A stretch of DNA of 64,000 nucleotides from Candidatus Spongiisociaceae bacterium (GCA_965219685.1 CBDCOH010000002.1:864001-928000); one strand, 5' to 3'; shown: positions 8,731 to 19,952, counted from the first letter of the stretch. The notes: a model not told the origin generated them from the sequence alone. Numbers and translations are program-made.

Positions 8731-10035
8731 ATGCCCCCCACATTCGCCCAGTTGGGCGTTCCCAAGCCCATCTGCCACGCCCTTGCCCGGCGCGGCATAA
8801 CGCAACCGTTCGAGATCCAGAGAACCGCGATGGCCGATGCGCTGAACGGCCGCGACATTTGCGGTCACGCTCCAACCGGGTCAGGCAAGACGCTCGCCTT
8901 CGGTATCCCGCTCGTGGCCAATGCAGGTCACGCCAGACCGCACAAGCCCCGCGCGCTCGTGCTGGCCCCGACCCGAGAACTCTCCCATCAGATCATGACC
9001 GAGCTTCGCTCCTTCTCGGGGAGGACTCGGGTCGGGGTCGTCTACGGCGGTGTCGGTTACGGACCCCAGTTCGGAGCCCTCCGCCGCGGTGTTGACATCC
9101 TGGTAGCGTGCCCCGGCCGCCTTGAAGACCTGATCGATCAACGCGCTGTCGACCTCTCGGCCGTCGAACAAGTCGTTGTCGATGAGGCCGACCGGATGGC
9201 TGACATGGGGTTCATGCCGGCAGTGCGGCGCCTGCTCGACCAGACCTCGCGCAACCGACAGACGATGTTGTTCTCGGCCACACTCGATGGTCCTGTCAGG
9301 GCACTCATCAGCGACTACCAGCACGATCCTGCACGTCACCGAGTAGGTGCGGCAACTCCCGATGTCATCGCTGCCGACCATGTGTTCTGGAGCGTTGCCA
9401 GACCTGATCGGATCAAGGTCACTGCCGAGACGATCGCCTCCGCCGGATCGACGATTGTCTTTTCCCGGACCCGTCATGGCTGTGACCGGATAGTCCGCCA
9501 ACTCGATCGGAATGGCGTCCGGGCCGCCGCGATCCACGGCAAACGCAGCCAGAACCAGCGGACCAAGGCGTTGAAGGACTTCGCCACCGGAAGGGTCCAA
9601 GCCTTGGTTGCGACCGACGTTGTCGCCCGGGGCATACATGTCGAGGATGTCCGGGCCATCATCCACTTCGACCTTCCCGCCGACCACAAGGTCTACCTCC
9701 ACAGATCGGGCCGGACCGCCCGAGCCGGCAGGAGCGGCATCGTGGTATCGCTCGTCCCTCCCGATCAGGTCAGAGACCTCCAGCGCATCAAACGGCGGCT
9801 CGGTCTCCGCCAGCCGATCACCCGTGTGGATCTCAGCGCCATCCAGCTGTCCTCTCAAGAGACACGCCGTCGCCGATCCCCCAGAACCGCCACCCACTCG
9901 AACCGTCAACACAGAAACTCCCCGCAACACCGTGGGTCACGGCGTCAGGCCGGCCGGAACAGGTCTCGGAGAAGACCGACCAGATACCAACGGTCTACGT
10001 CCCAGAATCGGAACAGGCACGCGGCTGCCGGCTGA
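8731..10035 (+). CDS. DEAD-box RNA helicase with basic C-terminal tail
   Basis: APTGSGKT, APTREL, DEADRM, FSAT, ATDVVARGI, HRSGRTAR. Confidence 0.95.
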   Translation: MPPTFAQLGVPKPICHALARRGITQPFEIQRTAMADALNGRDICGHAPTGSGKTLAFGIPLVANAGHARPHKPRALVLAPTRELSHQIMTELRSFSGRTRVGVVYGGVGYGPQFGALRRGVDILVACPGRLEDLIDQRAVDLSAVEQVVVDEADRMADMGFMPAVRRLLDQTSRNRQTMLFSATLDGPVRALISDYQHDPARHRVGAATPDVIAADHVFWSVARPDRIKVTAETIASAGSTIVFSRTRHGCDRIVRQLDRNGVRAAAIHGKRSQNQRTKALKDFATGRVQALVATDVVARGIHVEDVRAIIHFDLPADHKVYLHRSGRTARAGRSGIVVSLVPPDQVRDLQRIKRRLGLRQPITRVDLSAIQLSSQETRRRRSPRTATHSNRQHRNSPQHRGSRRQAGRNRSRRRPTRYQRSTSQNRNRHAAAG

Positions 10036-10259
10036 GCGACCTGGTCAAGAGTCGATGACTCCAACTCCGCCTTAGAGGCGACTGCCGCGGACGCCTCTGT
10101 TTGCAACTCCGCCCTACGCGTGGGATCAGTTTCCGCCAGGATCGCCCGGGCCGGATGTCATTGATCAGCACTCATTCATGGAAGACACTGCTCACTTCGG
10201 CTGGATCCCGACCACCTCTTGCAGCCCCCATAGTCCCCGGCTCGCTTTCAGGCGAGATG

Positions 10260-11834
10260 CTAGATCTCGAGGTGGGTGTCGACCTTGTGGTGGGGGTTGG
10301 CGGCTACGGGTTCGTGGGAGAGGTCGGCGGGGTTGCCGGCGCGGTCGTGGATGGCGCCGCCGTTGAGTCTGACGCTGTTGGCTCTGAACTCGATTCCGTC
10401 CGAGTCGGTGTCGCCGCTCTGGACCTGGTATTCGAATTCCACGTCGTTGTCGTAGTGCCGGTCCGGGTTGGTCTCGGGCCGGAGCGAGGCGAGCCGGGTC
10501 GTCCCACCGATGTCGAGTTCGAGTTGTAGATCGCCGCTCTTGGTGACCGGTTCGCTGAACACCACTTCCAGGCGAACGACTTCTCCTACTTCGTAGGTTT
10601 CCCCATCGACGGGCCGGGACGTCAAGTAGATGCCCGCGATTGCGGGAGGCTCAGTATCGATCCTGTGATCCTGCAGGTGGCCGGTGGCCGGGAAGTGATC
10701 GAGGGATTCGACATCGGTGCCTGCTGCCTTGATGGTTCCGCTCCCCAGGACGGCAGTGGCGCCATGAGGGATTGCGATCCCTCTGATGTCCATGTCGCCC
10801 TCCTCCACGGTGTAGCCGAAGACCAGGGTGCCGGTGCCCGAGCCTCTGAGGTAGTCGGCCTCCCGCCAGGCTTCGGCCCAGTTGTTATCAACCAGACCGA
10901 CATACAGCGCCAGGCCCACCTCCCCTTCCACCTCCACGTCGGTGTCGAAGTCGAGGGCGATCACGATGGTCTGGTCGGCCCGGTAGGCCTCCCACCCGTC
11001 GGGCGGCGTTGAAACGACCCCGACGTGCTCGACACGGGGGCTGCCGTCGACTTTGTGGTTGGACGCTCTTTCTATGCCCGCATGGGTGTAGTCGACGGGT
11101 ATGTCCGTTCCCTGCGCATACACGATGCCGCTGAAGCCCTGGATCGCGCCGGTTTCCTCGTTCTCTTCTGCGCTGCTGACAGTAATCCCGTCAGGATCGC
11201 GATCGGCAGGCTGGACCTGGTAGCGGAAGACCAGGAGTCTGGTTCCAGAGCCCTTGATGTATCTCGCCTCCCTTGGCGTGTGATGGACTCCGTCGCCGAA
11301 GTGGAGAGTCAAAGAAGCGTCGCCGACCACATCCACCGGCTGATCGAAGGTCAACGTGACATCGATGTTCTCTCCGTTGCGATAGACATCTCCCCGAAGA
11401 GGGATCGAGGTTACGGCCACTTCGGTGATGGCGGGGGCGTCGTCGTCTTCGATCGTGATGACGCAGGAGCGGAACCCATCAACGGTAAAGAGACCGATTT
11501 CGAAGGTCTCATCATGTTCGATCAGGGAGTCCTCCGTGGTCAACACCGGGACCCAATGGGTCTCAGTAACGCCGTCACCACGCACGATCAGCCCGTAATA
11601 GGGAGTGAAGTCGCCGCGGCTGGCGGTGTGGCCATCGTGGTGGGTAGCGACAGTCACCGGTGAAAGCAGGTAGGAACCAGGCCACCGCATTCCGAATTGA
11701 TCGGACTCGCCTTCCTCGATAGGGCCAGGGCAGAGCATGACGGGAGCCGGGCCGAGGGCAAGGGCCGGACGTGGTGCCGCGGGGAGCAGGGCAACAAGCA
11801 TCAGAGCCGCTATGAAGATGGCTTGGAGGCTCAT
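10260..11834 (-). CDS. Secreted protein with a Calx-beta-like domain and three tandem Ig-like repeats
   Basis: Signal peptide ending PALA; TEDSLIEHDETFEI...VITIEDDD; three units of Y-x-x-GE-x-I...F-x-Y-x-V-x-x-x-D-x-D-x-x-GI. Confidence 0.75.
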   Translation of the reverse strand: MSLQAIFIAALMLVALLPAAPRPALALGPAPVMLCPGPIEEGESDQFGMRWPGSYLLSPVTVATHHDGHTASRGDFTPYYGLIVRGDGVTETHWVPVLTTEDSLIEHDETFEIGLFTVDGFRSCVITIEDDDAPAITEVAVTSIPLRGDVYRNGENIDVTLTFDQPVDVVGDASLTLHFGDGVHHTPREARYIKGSGTRLLVFRYQVQPADRDPDGITVSSAEENEETGAIQGFSGIVYAQGTDIPVDYTHAGIERASNHKVDGSPRVEHVGVVSTPPDGWEAYRADQTIVIALDFDTDVEVEGEVGLALYVGLVDNNWAEAWREADYLRGSGTGTLVFGYTVEEGDMDIRGIAIPHGATAVLGSGTIKAAGTDVESLDHFPATGHLQDHRIDTEPPAIAGIYLTSRPVDGETYEVGEVVRLEVVFSEPVTKSGDLQLELDIGGTTRLASLRPETNPDRHYDNDVEFEYQVQSGDTDSDGIEFRANSVRLNGGAIHDRAGNPADLSHEPVAANPHHKVDTHLEI

Positions 11835-12331
11835 CGAAGAAGGCTTCTTCCGCCAACCCCGGGATGATTCCGGATCTCCAACCAATTCTGTCTCCCTTCC
11901 GAAGTTGCCAGGATGGACCCTCTTGACAAAAACGGTATTCCGGTCCAGGACATAGTGATGCACGCCGGTCGTGACCCGACCGTTGGGAGACGACAAAGTG
12001 CAACGGCAGGGGTCCGAGCGCGCCCGCGGCCGGCAAGCAGCGGCGGCGCCTCACCTCAGCGCGACCGGCTCGGCCTTGCTCGGCTGCGGAGGCACTCCCG
12101 TTCTTCAATGCAGGGGGTGCGACATGGGTGCAGACGCGCCGTGACCCGGCCGGGGCCCGTGCATCGTTCGTGTATGTAGTGGCGGATCACCAGGTTGCGA
12201 TGATGGATGGCGTGGTGGTCCCGGACGGCGGTGGTCGAAGCCGGGCGGAGGTGAGCTATCGGATGATCTCTCTGGTTCGGATCGTAGGCGAGTTACGGCT
12301 GGTTAGCCGGAGGTCGCTCCGAGAGTCCCGG

Positions 12332-12529
12332 TCAGCCGGCCCAGAACCCCTTGCGATGGGAGATGCCGAGCGCCGTGCGACAGGCGGGACAGGCGTAGAC
12401 GTACCGCTTGCCGAACCGGATCTGTGCACCTCCTCCCCTCCCAACGTCGACCGCGCGCGCCAGTATCTCGTCGAGCGGCGATTCGCAGTGCGGGCACAGC
12501 GGCACCAGGTCGGATGACTCTCTGATCAT
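12332..12529 (-). CDS. Small zinc-ribbon protein
   Basis: CPHC...CPAC; starts 7 nt after the nitroreductase stop with a GAGG SD. Confidence 0.7.
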   Translation of the reverse strand: MIRESSDLVPLCPHCESPLDEILARAVDVGRGGGAQIRFGKRYVYACPACRTALGISHRKGFWAG

Positions 12530-12536
12530 GGTCGCT

Positions 12537-13217
12537 TCAGCCTCTTCCGGTCGTGCCGCTCCGGTCGACGGCTCGATCCCGCTGCCATCCGTCCCAGTGT
12601 GTGAACTCCTCGGCGGGGATCCTCGTGACCGGCTTGAAGTCGTCGGCCGGATATCCCAGCGGGATCAGCGCGACGATCTGGGTCTCCTCGGGCATGCCGA
12701 GGGCGATCTTGGCGTCCTCTTCGAGGATGTTGAGGGCCGTCGTGAGGCACGTGCCGAGCCCCAGGCCTCGGGCCGCCAGCATCAGGTTCTGGATGCAGGG
12801 CATGATCGAAGTGAAGACCGAATCGGCGCGGATGGACTTGAGCACCCCGTAGCGCGGGAGGTTGTCCTTCTCCCTGTCCATCGCGACGACGATCAGCACG
12901 GGGGTCTCCTCCATGTGGTCCCGCAGGTGGTGCGACTTCCTGAACATCGTCTTCTGGAAGGTGCGCTTGTCGAGTTCCCGGTAACCCTGGCGCCGGGGGT
13001 GATCCCACAGGAACTTCAGACCGCCGCGGTAGAGGTCGGCCAGCTTCTTCTTGAGGGCCGGATCCCTGACGACTATGAACTCCCAGGGTTGGGCGTTGCC
13101 GCCGCTCGGAGCCCAGGTAGCGGCGGTGAGGATGGTGCGGATGTCATCGTCGGACACCGGGTCCGGCTTGTATCGTTTGACGCTCGGAAGCGTCCGCATC
13201 GCCTTGTACAGGTCCAC
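12537..13217 (-). CDS. Nitroreductase family protein
   Basis: APSGGNAQPWEF, IQNLMLAARGLGLG, IPLGYP. GTG start after GAGGAGG. Confidence 0.92.
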   Translation of the reverse strand: MDLYKAMRTLPSVKRYKPDPVSDDDIRTILTAATWAPSGGNAQPWEFIVVRDPALKKKLADLYRGGLKFLWDHPRRQGYRELDKRTFQKTMFRKSHHLRDHMEETPVLIVVAMDREKDNLPRYGVLKSIRADSVFTSIMPCIQNLMLAARGLGLGTCLTTALNILEEDAKIALGMPEETQIVALIPLGYPADDFKPVTRIPAEEFTHWDGWQRDRAVDRSGTTGRG

Positions 13218-13362
13218 TGCCGCCTCCTCTTCCCGCCGGGCCAGCGGGAGGATACTCAAAGGGTCTGGCGGTATAGCACGGTCGAGTACCGGGAGAACCT
13301 CGTCCCGGACAGTAGCTCGCGCCGGTTATGCCAACCGGGGAGCAGAATCCGGATCCGAAACC

Positions 13363-13914
13363 TCAACCGGCGGGTTGCCCACCTACCTCGTCGGTCGCCA
13401 GGGCGGTGACGTCCTCCCACCCGTAGGCCACCTCGACGACGTCGGTACCGGCTATGTCGATGGTTCTGCTGCCGACCGGTTCCCCTCCGAGGGTCTCGTA
13501 GAAGCGACACGCGGGATGGTTGTCCCTTGCCACCCACAGGAGCATCGAGCCGAAACCATCGGCCAGCAGCCTGTGCGCCACAGCCGATACGAGGCGGCGT
13601 CCCAGGCCCTTACGCTGATACTGCTCTAGCAGGTATACGAGATAGAGTTCTCCCCGGTAGGTCTCGTCCCCGGTTCGCTCCGGTCCTCCCGCAGCCAATC
13701 CCACCACCTTGCCGGACTCGGTCTCCACGAGGAAGTTGCTGACGGTGGGTCGCGCCGTCGTCAGGATCTGGTCCCAGAACGCCTCCCTATCGCCGTACGA
13801 GAGGCCGGCCAGGAACTCGTCGGGCAGGATGCCGGCATAGGTGGACCGCCACGAATCGACGTGAACCCTGGCGAGCGAACCGGCATCCCGCGGTTCTGCA
13901 GTCCTTATACGCAT
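13363..13914 (-). CDS. GNAT N-acetyltransferase
   Basis: [20 protein letters not shown]-x-x-A-x-x-FYE. Confidence 0.92.
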   Translation of the reverse strand: MRIRTAEPRDAGSLARVHVDSWRSTYAGILPDEFLAGLSYGDREAFWDQILTTARPTVSNFLVETESGKVVGLAAGGPERTGDETYRGELYLVYLLEQYQRKGLGRRLVSAVAHRLLADGFGSMLLWVARDNHPACRFYETLGGEPVGSRTIDIAGTDVVEVAYGWEDVTALATDEVGGQPAG

Positions 13915-14201
13915 GCAACCACGTTACCTCTCGGGCCTTCCGGGTGGCCATGAGCATTCGCGTGCAGGCCATCGTTCTGCCCGAGCAGGAGCCGCCGCTC
14001 CCCTGTCCTCCGGCTATCCCTACTATCCGCGGGCCGCTTCAGAGGGTTCCGCCCCCGGTGGATCTCCGGCGATACACCGTAGAGTTGTCCGGAGGCCTTC
14101 CGCTTCATGGACATCAAGGTCATGAATGTCGCGATAACCCCAAGCCGGGTATTACAGTCGGCTCGTTGTATGGGAACCCATGTACCGACGGAGGATTCAC
14201 G

Positions 14202-14939
14202 ATGAGGAGCCACGAAGTCGACTACCGGATCAGGGGGTCCGATCTCCAGTTCGTCGAGATCGAACTCGATCCCGGAGAGTCGGTTGTCGCCGAGTCCGGC
14301 GCCATGATGTATGTCGAGGAGGGCATCGAATTCCAGACCCGGATGGGTGATGGCTCCGAGCCGAAACAGGGGGCATGGGGCAAGCTGAAGTCGGCGGGCA
14401 AGAGGGCGTTGGCCGGTGAGTCGCTGTTCCTGACCCACTTCACGAATCAGGGATCCGGGAGACGGACCGTGGCCTTTGCCGCTCCCTATCCCGGCAAGGT
14501 CATACCGGTGGATCTCGGTGAGGTAGGTGGGCGGATCCTGGCCCAGAAGACCGCGTTTCTCTGTGCGGCGATGGGAACCAAGCTAGGAATCGCCTTCAAC
14601 CGGAAGTTGGGGGCGGGAGCGTTCGGTGGTGAGGGATTCATACTCCAAGACCTCCGGGGTGACGGTCTTGCGTTCCTCCATGCCGGCGGCACCGTCGTCG
14701 AGAAGCGTCTCATCGGGGAGACCCTCCGTGTCGATACCGGATGCATCGTTGCCTTCGAGCCGCAGATCGAGTACTCGATCGAGCGGGCGGGCCGGGCGTC
14801 GACGATGATGTTCGGTGGCGAAGGGCTCTTCCTGGCCACGCTGAGGGGAGCGGGTCGCGTGTGGCTGCAGTCCCTCCCGTTCAGCCGGTTGGTCGATGAG
14901 GTGATCTGGCGGCTGCCACCTTCGCGAGACGGAGACTGA
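14202..14939 (+). CDS. TIGR00266/AIM24 family protein
   Basis: [26 protein letters not shown] repeated, [11 protein letters not shown] at 14202 after GGAGG. Confidence 0.92.
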   Translation: MRSHEVDYRIRGSDLQFVEIELDPGESVVAESGAMMYVEEGIEFQTRMGDGSEPKQGAWGKLKSAGKRALAGESLFLTHFTNQGSGRRTVAFAAPYPGKVIPVDLGEVGGRILAQKTAFLCAAMGTKLGIAFNRKLGAGAFGGEGFILQDLRGDGLAFLHAGGTVVEKRLIGETLRVDTGCIVAFEPQIEYSIERAGRASTMMFGGEGLFLATLRGAGRVWLQSLPFSRLVDEVIWRLPPSRDGD

Positions 14940-15411
14940 TGAGAGTCGTCTGCCAAACCGCAAAGGACTCGCTCTTTCTGAGGCACTCGTATACAAGGCT
15001 ATTCCGACCTTAGACACAGGTCTTCTGGTGTTTGTTCGACGATCCGATCAGTTACATGGCTGTATTATCTGAACAAGCAAGTTCTTTTGACAACAGTAAG
15101 GAGTCTTCCGAACGTGGTGTCTGTTGAGTCTTCACTAATCCTGCGGTCCGGCCTGTTCCTTCTCGAGCCTCCTTTGCTGCCGGGCGGTAATGTGGCGGGA
15201 CAGCCTGAACCGTGATACACACGGCATGGAGAGGACACCGTGATGTGGATGGCTCTAATACCCTCAAGGCATAGTGTCTAGCACAGATGTATTAGATCCC
15301 TGCTCTTTGCAAAACCAGGACCGGATCGTCTTTGTTGCAAGGCGAAACGAGGTGACCCGCACAAAGTGGCCTTGAGACAACACCCATCACCATCAGCGAT
15401 GACTATACATC

Positions 15412-16665
15412 GTGCCGGACATCGACATCGTCATGATCGGCGGGCGCAGAGTGGTGGCGGCCCTGGTGGACGAGTTGCCCGTGGGTCGCAAACCCTGCTA
15501 CCTCAAGCGGCAGGGAATCGACCGGGGAGCGTACGTCCGTACCCATGGCGGCGACCGGCGATTGACTTCTTACGAGGTGCACATCCTGGTGTCAGGCCGC
15601 GGGCAACCTCGCGACGATGTTGCGGTCGTGGAGGGCGCAGGCCGGGATCACCTCGCTCCCGGCTTGGTCGAGGCTCTCCTGCGCAGGGTTCGCAGCCGGA
15701 AGGGTCCCCTCCTGGCGGACGCCGGCGATGACGAGGTTCTTCGGATGATGAACGTCTTGGCGGACGGTGATCCGCCTGGGGTGAGCCTGGCCGGCCTGCT
15801 AGCCCTGGGCCGCTACCCGCAGCAGTTCGTTCCTCAGGTCAACATAACTTTCGTTGCCTATCCGACTACCCGGGGAGAGCCGCTCGCAGACGGCACGCGG
15901 TTCCTCGACAACGAGTCCATCGACGGTCCGATACCCACGATGCTGGCTACTGCCCAGGCCGCGGTCCTCCGCAACATCACGCGGCGAGCGGTTGTTTCGG
16001 GAGCAGGTCGCCTCGACGACTGGGAGTACCCCGAGGAGGTGGTCAGGGAACTGGTGGTGAACTCGTTGATGCACCGGGACTATCACCCCCTTGCACATGG
16101 ATCCCAGGTGAGGATCGAGTTGTATCCGGACCGTCTGGAAGTGGTCAGCCCGGGCGGACTCCACGGTCCTGTAGACCGTCGAAAGTTGATGACCGAGCCC
16201 GTTACCTCTTCCAGGAACTCCCACATCGCCAAGCTTCTCGAAGACATAGAGGTTCCTCGAACCGGGCGCACGGTGTCCGAGAACCGCGGCTCCGGCCTCA
16301 TCGCGGTCGCCGCTTCCCTGCGGAGGGCCGGGATGGCGCCACTTCTTATCTCCGATCGGATCGACAGCTTCAGGGTCGTGGTCCGCAACCGGCGGCTGAC
16401 CCCAGAGGAGATGGACGTGTCCTGGGGGTTCCAGCGGAGTCGGCGCGGGTCGACCGGACCGGCGCGGCGCCGCGACCGCCGGCACGAGATCCGCGAGTTG
16501 CTGGCACGTGGGCCTCGTCCCAGCCGCGAACTGGCGCAGGAGTTGGGGATGACCCCCCAGGGCATTCTCAGGTGGCTCCGCATGATGGAAGCGACCGGGG
16601 AGGTTCGTCCCACTGAGTCCGCCCGACGAAGTCCGATGAACCGCTGGCAACTGATAGAGCGTTAG
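15412..16665 (+). pseudogene. AlbA/Schlafen-HATPase_c_4 (RecG-C-like)-wHTH protein lacking most of its N-terminal domain
   Basis: RELVVNSLMHRDY, SPGGL, SRNSHIA, ENRGSG and a C-terminal HTH. The ORF starts at the tail of the AlbA domain. Confidence 0.65.
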
Positions 16666-16759
16666 CAACGCGCAAGCCAGCCTCGCGAAGGTGCGTCCCC
16701 CGGCAGGGCGGAGTCGGTAACCTACCTATCTCAGAGCGATGGCGGGAGGTTTGGCGTCC

Positions 16760-17692
16760 ATGCAGAGACGGGCAAGCCGGGTGTCTCCCGACGGTGTGAT
16801 AGTCGCCAAACCGGACGCCGATCCCCGACCCGTCGAGGACGCGGCCGAGCTCCGGGCAGTGATGGCTCGGGCCACCCATGAGAATTTCCCCGTTGCAATG
16901 CGCTTGCTGCCCGCAACCTCGCGGAACCACCTCCGGGCGATCTACGGGTTCGCCCGCCTCACGGACACACTCGGCGATGAGTACGTCGGGGATCGTTCGG
17001 TAGCCCTGGACTGGGTCGAGGAGCAACTCGACGACCTCTTCGCCGGAACACCCCGGCATCCCGTTTTCAGGCAACTCGCTCCGACTGTGGAGGCCTTCCG
17101 CATGTCGCGGGCGCCGTTCGACGACCTGGTGGCGGCAAACCGGATGGACCAGGTCAAGAAGCGCTACGCCGATTGGGGGGAGCTGCTCGACTACTGTGCC
17201 CTCTCGGCGAATCCGGTCGGCCGGTTGGTCCTGGCCGTGTTCGAGGCGGACACGGAGGAGCGCCGGGCTGCGTCGGATGCCGTTTGCAGCGGGCTCCAGA
17301 TCCTCGAGCACATCCAAGACGTGGGGGAGGACGCCCGGGCCGGTCGGGTCTACCTCCCCGAATCCGGTATGGCGCGGTTCGGTTGCACGATCGACGATCT
17401 TCTTGCACCCGTGGCCGGTCCCGCCCTGCGCCGGCTCGTAGCTCACGTCGAGCGGCGGGCTCTCGAACTACTCGAGGCCGGCAAGCCCCTGGTGAAGTCC
17501 CTGCGAGGACATGCCCGTCTGGCTGTCGCCGGATTCGTAGCGGGAGGATTAGCCGGGCTGGAAGAAGTCCGGGCGGCCGACTACGAGGTGCTGAGCGCGA
17601 AGAGAGAGGCGGGACGAATCCGATTCCTCTGCCGCCTCGTTCCGCTCTACGCAGCTGCGCTGGGGAGTCGGAGCGGGATCACGCGGCCGTGA
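16760..17692 (+). CDS. hpnC: Hydroxysqualene synthase HpnC
   Basis: HENFPVA, IYGFAR, YCALSANPVGRLVL, QDVGED. Confidence 0.92.
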   Translation: MQRRASRVSPDGVIVAKPDADPRPVEDAAELRAVMARATHENFPVAMRLLPATSRNHLRAIYGFARLTDTLGDEYVGDRSVALDWVEEQLDDLFAGTPRHPVFRQLAPTVEAFRMSRAPFDDLVAANRMDQVKKRYADWGELLDYCALSANPVGRLVLAVFEADTEERRAASDAVCSGLQILEHIQDVGEDARAGRVYLPESGMARFGCTIDDLLAPVAGPALRRLVAHVERRALELLEAGKPLVKSLRGHARLAVAGFVAGGLAGLEEVRAADYEVLSAKREAGRIRFLCRLVPLYAAALGSRSGITRP

Positions 17693-18564
17693 TCTCCCCC
17701 GAATCGGCCTACCGGCAGTGTGAAGCGATAACGTGGTCGGCCGCCCGGAACTTCGCATACGGGATACGCCTGCTGCCCCACCCCAAGCGGCGAGCGATGG
17801 CAGCCCTGTACGCCATGGCTCGCCGCATCGACGACGTAGGTGACGGCGACCTTCCCGGGGAACGAAAGCTGGCGGCTCTGGATGGGCTGCACTCGGTGAT
17901 CGCCGCCCTGGAGCGGGGTGACGTCGCCGATCCGGATGATCCTGTGCTGGTGGGTGTCGCCCACGCAGCTACCCGCTATCCGATCCCCTTGGCCGCCCTT
18001 CACGAGATCGTGGAAGGCTGCGAGCAGGACGTGCGCGGCAGGACCTATGCAACGATGGACGATACGGTTCGCTACTGCCGCCTCGTGGCCGGTTCGGTGG
18101 GACGCCTCTCCCTCGGGGTCTTCGGCACCAGGACCGACCACCGTCACCCCGGGCGGCGAGCCGATGCGCCCCGGATGGCCGACGACCTCGGTGTCGCCCT
18201 CCAACTCACCAACATGCTGCGGGACATCCGCGAGGACCACCGGATGGGACGGATCTACCTGCCGGAGCAGGAGAGGGAACGGTTCGGAGTCGTCAGAGGT
18301 CAGTGGACCCCGCCCGAGCAGGTAGGCGCGCTGGTCGAGTACGTGGGCGGACAGGCGATGATCTGGTTCGGGAGGGGCCTGGAGCTCCTGGGCCATCTCG
18401 ACCACCGCAGCCGAGCCTGCACAGCGGCTATGGCCGGTATCTACCGTCGAGTACTGGGGCGGATCATCAGCCAGCCCACCCGCCCGCTGAGCGAGCGCGT
18501 AAGCCTCCCGGTATGGGAGAAGGGGCTGGTCGCGGTGCGCAGCATATGCGGTCTGCGCCCGTGA
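17689..18564 (+). CDS. hpnD: Presqualene diphosphate synthase HpnD
   Basis: ARNFAYGIRLLP, RRIDDVGD, YCRLVAGSVG, QLTNMLRDI. GTGA overlap. Confidence 0.92.
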   Translation: MISPESAYRQCEAITWSAARNFAYGIRLLPHPKRRAMAALYAMARRIDDVGDGDLPGERKLAALDGLHSVIAALERGDVADPDDPVLVGVAHAATRYPIPLAALHEIVEGCEQDVRGRTYATMDDTVRYCRLVAGSVGRLSLGVFGTRTDHRHPGRRADAPRMADDLGVALQLTNMLRDIREDHRMGRIYLPEQERERFGVVRGQWTPPEQVGALVEYVGGQAMIWFGRGLELLGHLDHRSRACTAAMAGIYRRVLGRIISQPTRPLSERVSLPVWEKGLVAVRSICGLRP

Positions 18565-19952
18565 ACGACCCGTCCCGCCGAGTTGTCGTGGTCGGGGGCG
18601 GGCTGGCCGGTCTCGCCGCAGGCCTGGAGGCTGCCGACCGCGGAGCGGCTGTCACATTGCTGGAACGGCGCCCCCGTCTGGGGGGCGCGACCTGGTCGTT
18701 CCGTCGGCGGGGTCTCTGGTTCGACAACGGCCAGCACGTGTTCCTCCGTTGCTGCACGGCCTACCGGACGTTTCTGGAGCGCATCGGCTCGGCGGAGGGG
18801 GTGTTCCTGCAGCCCGGCCTCGAGATTCCCGTGCTCACCCCCGACGGCCGGGCCGGTTCCATCCGGCGGACCCCCGGGCCGGCTCCGCTCCACCTCGCGC
18901 CGTCTCTACTCGCCTACCCCCATCTCAGCTTGCACCAGAGGCTCAAGGTGCTCAGGGCAGGGCTGGCGTTGCGGCGACTCGACCCGGCTGACGCCGGACT
19001 CGACAGAGTGGCCTTCGGAGACTGGCTGGCGGCCCAGGGCCAGGACGCCGTAGCGGTGGAGACCTTCTGGAACCTGGTGGTTCTACCCACCGTCAACGTC
19101 CCGGCGGCAGATGCATCGCTCAAACTCGCGGCGAAGGTCTTCGTGACGGGCCTGCTGACCCGAGCCTCCTCGGCCGATGTGGGCTGGGCGAGGGTTCCCC
19201 TCTCGGCCCTCCACGGCGATCCTGCCCGCCGCGCCCTGGAGCGCGCCGGGGCCGAAGTGAGGGTCGGAGCAGCGGTCACCGGAGTCCGACCCGGTACGTC
19301 CGGGCGGCTCGTGACCCATGCGAACGGGCATGCCATCGAGGCGGACGCGGTGGTCGTCGCGGTACCCCACGACGGCGTGGACTCGCTGCTGCCGCCCGGG
19401 AGTGTCCGAGGCCAGGATCGACTCCTGGAGTTGGGCACGTCGCCGATCGTGAACGTGCATCTGGTGTATGACCGTCCGGTCACAGACCTGGCGATGTTTG
19501 CAGCCGTCGGAAGCGACATCCAGTACGTCTTCGACCGTACCGAAGCGGCCGGCGTCCAGGACGGTCGCCAATGCCTCGCCATCTCCCTCTCAGCGGCCCG
19601 GTCGTGGTTGGGCCGGGGTCCTAACGAGTTGGTGAAGCACTTCCAAGCGGAGCTGGCCCGGCTCCTGCCCGCTGCCTCCGGCGCTCGTCTCACCGACTCG
19701 ATCGTGACCCGCGAGCCGGCCGCCACCTTCTACGGGGCTCCGGGCAGCGACCGGCTCCGAGCCGGAGCCGAGTGCGCTCTCCCCGGTGTGTACCTGGCCG
19801 GCGCATGGTGCAACACCGGCTGGCCGGCCACGATGGAGGGCGCGGTCCGGAGTGGAACGAGGGCGGGAAGGCTGGCGGCCGGTTCCCGCCGCGGATCCGG
19901 GAGCCGGTCCGGAGAACCCGACAGGACTTCTCCGGCTACGGTCTGGTCATGA
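18561..19952 (+). CDS. hpnE: Hydroxysqualene dehydroxylase HpnE
   Basis: VVGGGLAG, DNGQHVFLRCC, GWPATMEGAVRSG. Confidence 0.92.
   Translation: MNDPSRRVVVVGGGLAGLAAGLEAADRGAAVTLLERRPRLGGATWSFRRRGLWFDNGQHVFLRCCTAYRTFLERIGSAEGVFLQPGLEIPVLTPDGRAGSIRRTPGPAPLHLAPSLLAYPHLSLHQRLKVLRAGLALRRLDPADAGLDRVAFGDWLAAQGQDAVAVETFWNLVVLPTVNVPAADASLKLAAKVFVTGLLTRASSADVGWARVPLSALHGDPARRALERAGAEVRVGAAVTGVRPGTSGRLVTHANGHAIEADAVVVAVPHDGVDSLLPPGSVRGQDRLLELGTSPIVNVHLVYDRPVTDLAMFAAVGSDIQYVFDRTEAAGVQDGRQCLAISLSAARSWLGRGPNELVKHFQAELARLLPAASGARLTDSIVTREPAATFYGAPGSDRLRAGAECALPGVYLAGAWCNTGWPATMEGAVRSGTRAGRLAAGSRRGSGSRSGEPDRTSPATVWS

Noticed and set aside
14940-15411. AT-richer stretch as a gene or ncRNA
   Set aside because: No recognisable reading frame or stable structure; probably decayed foreign DNA.
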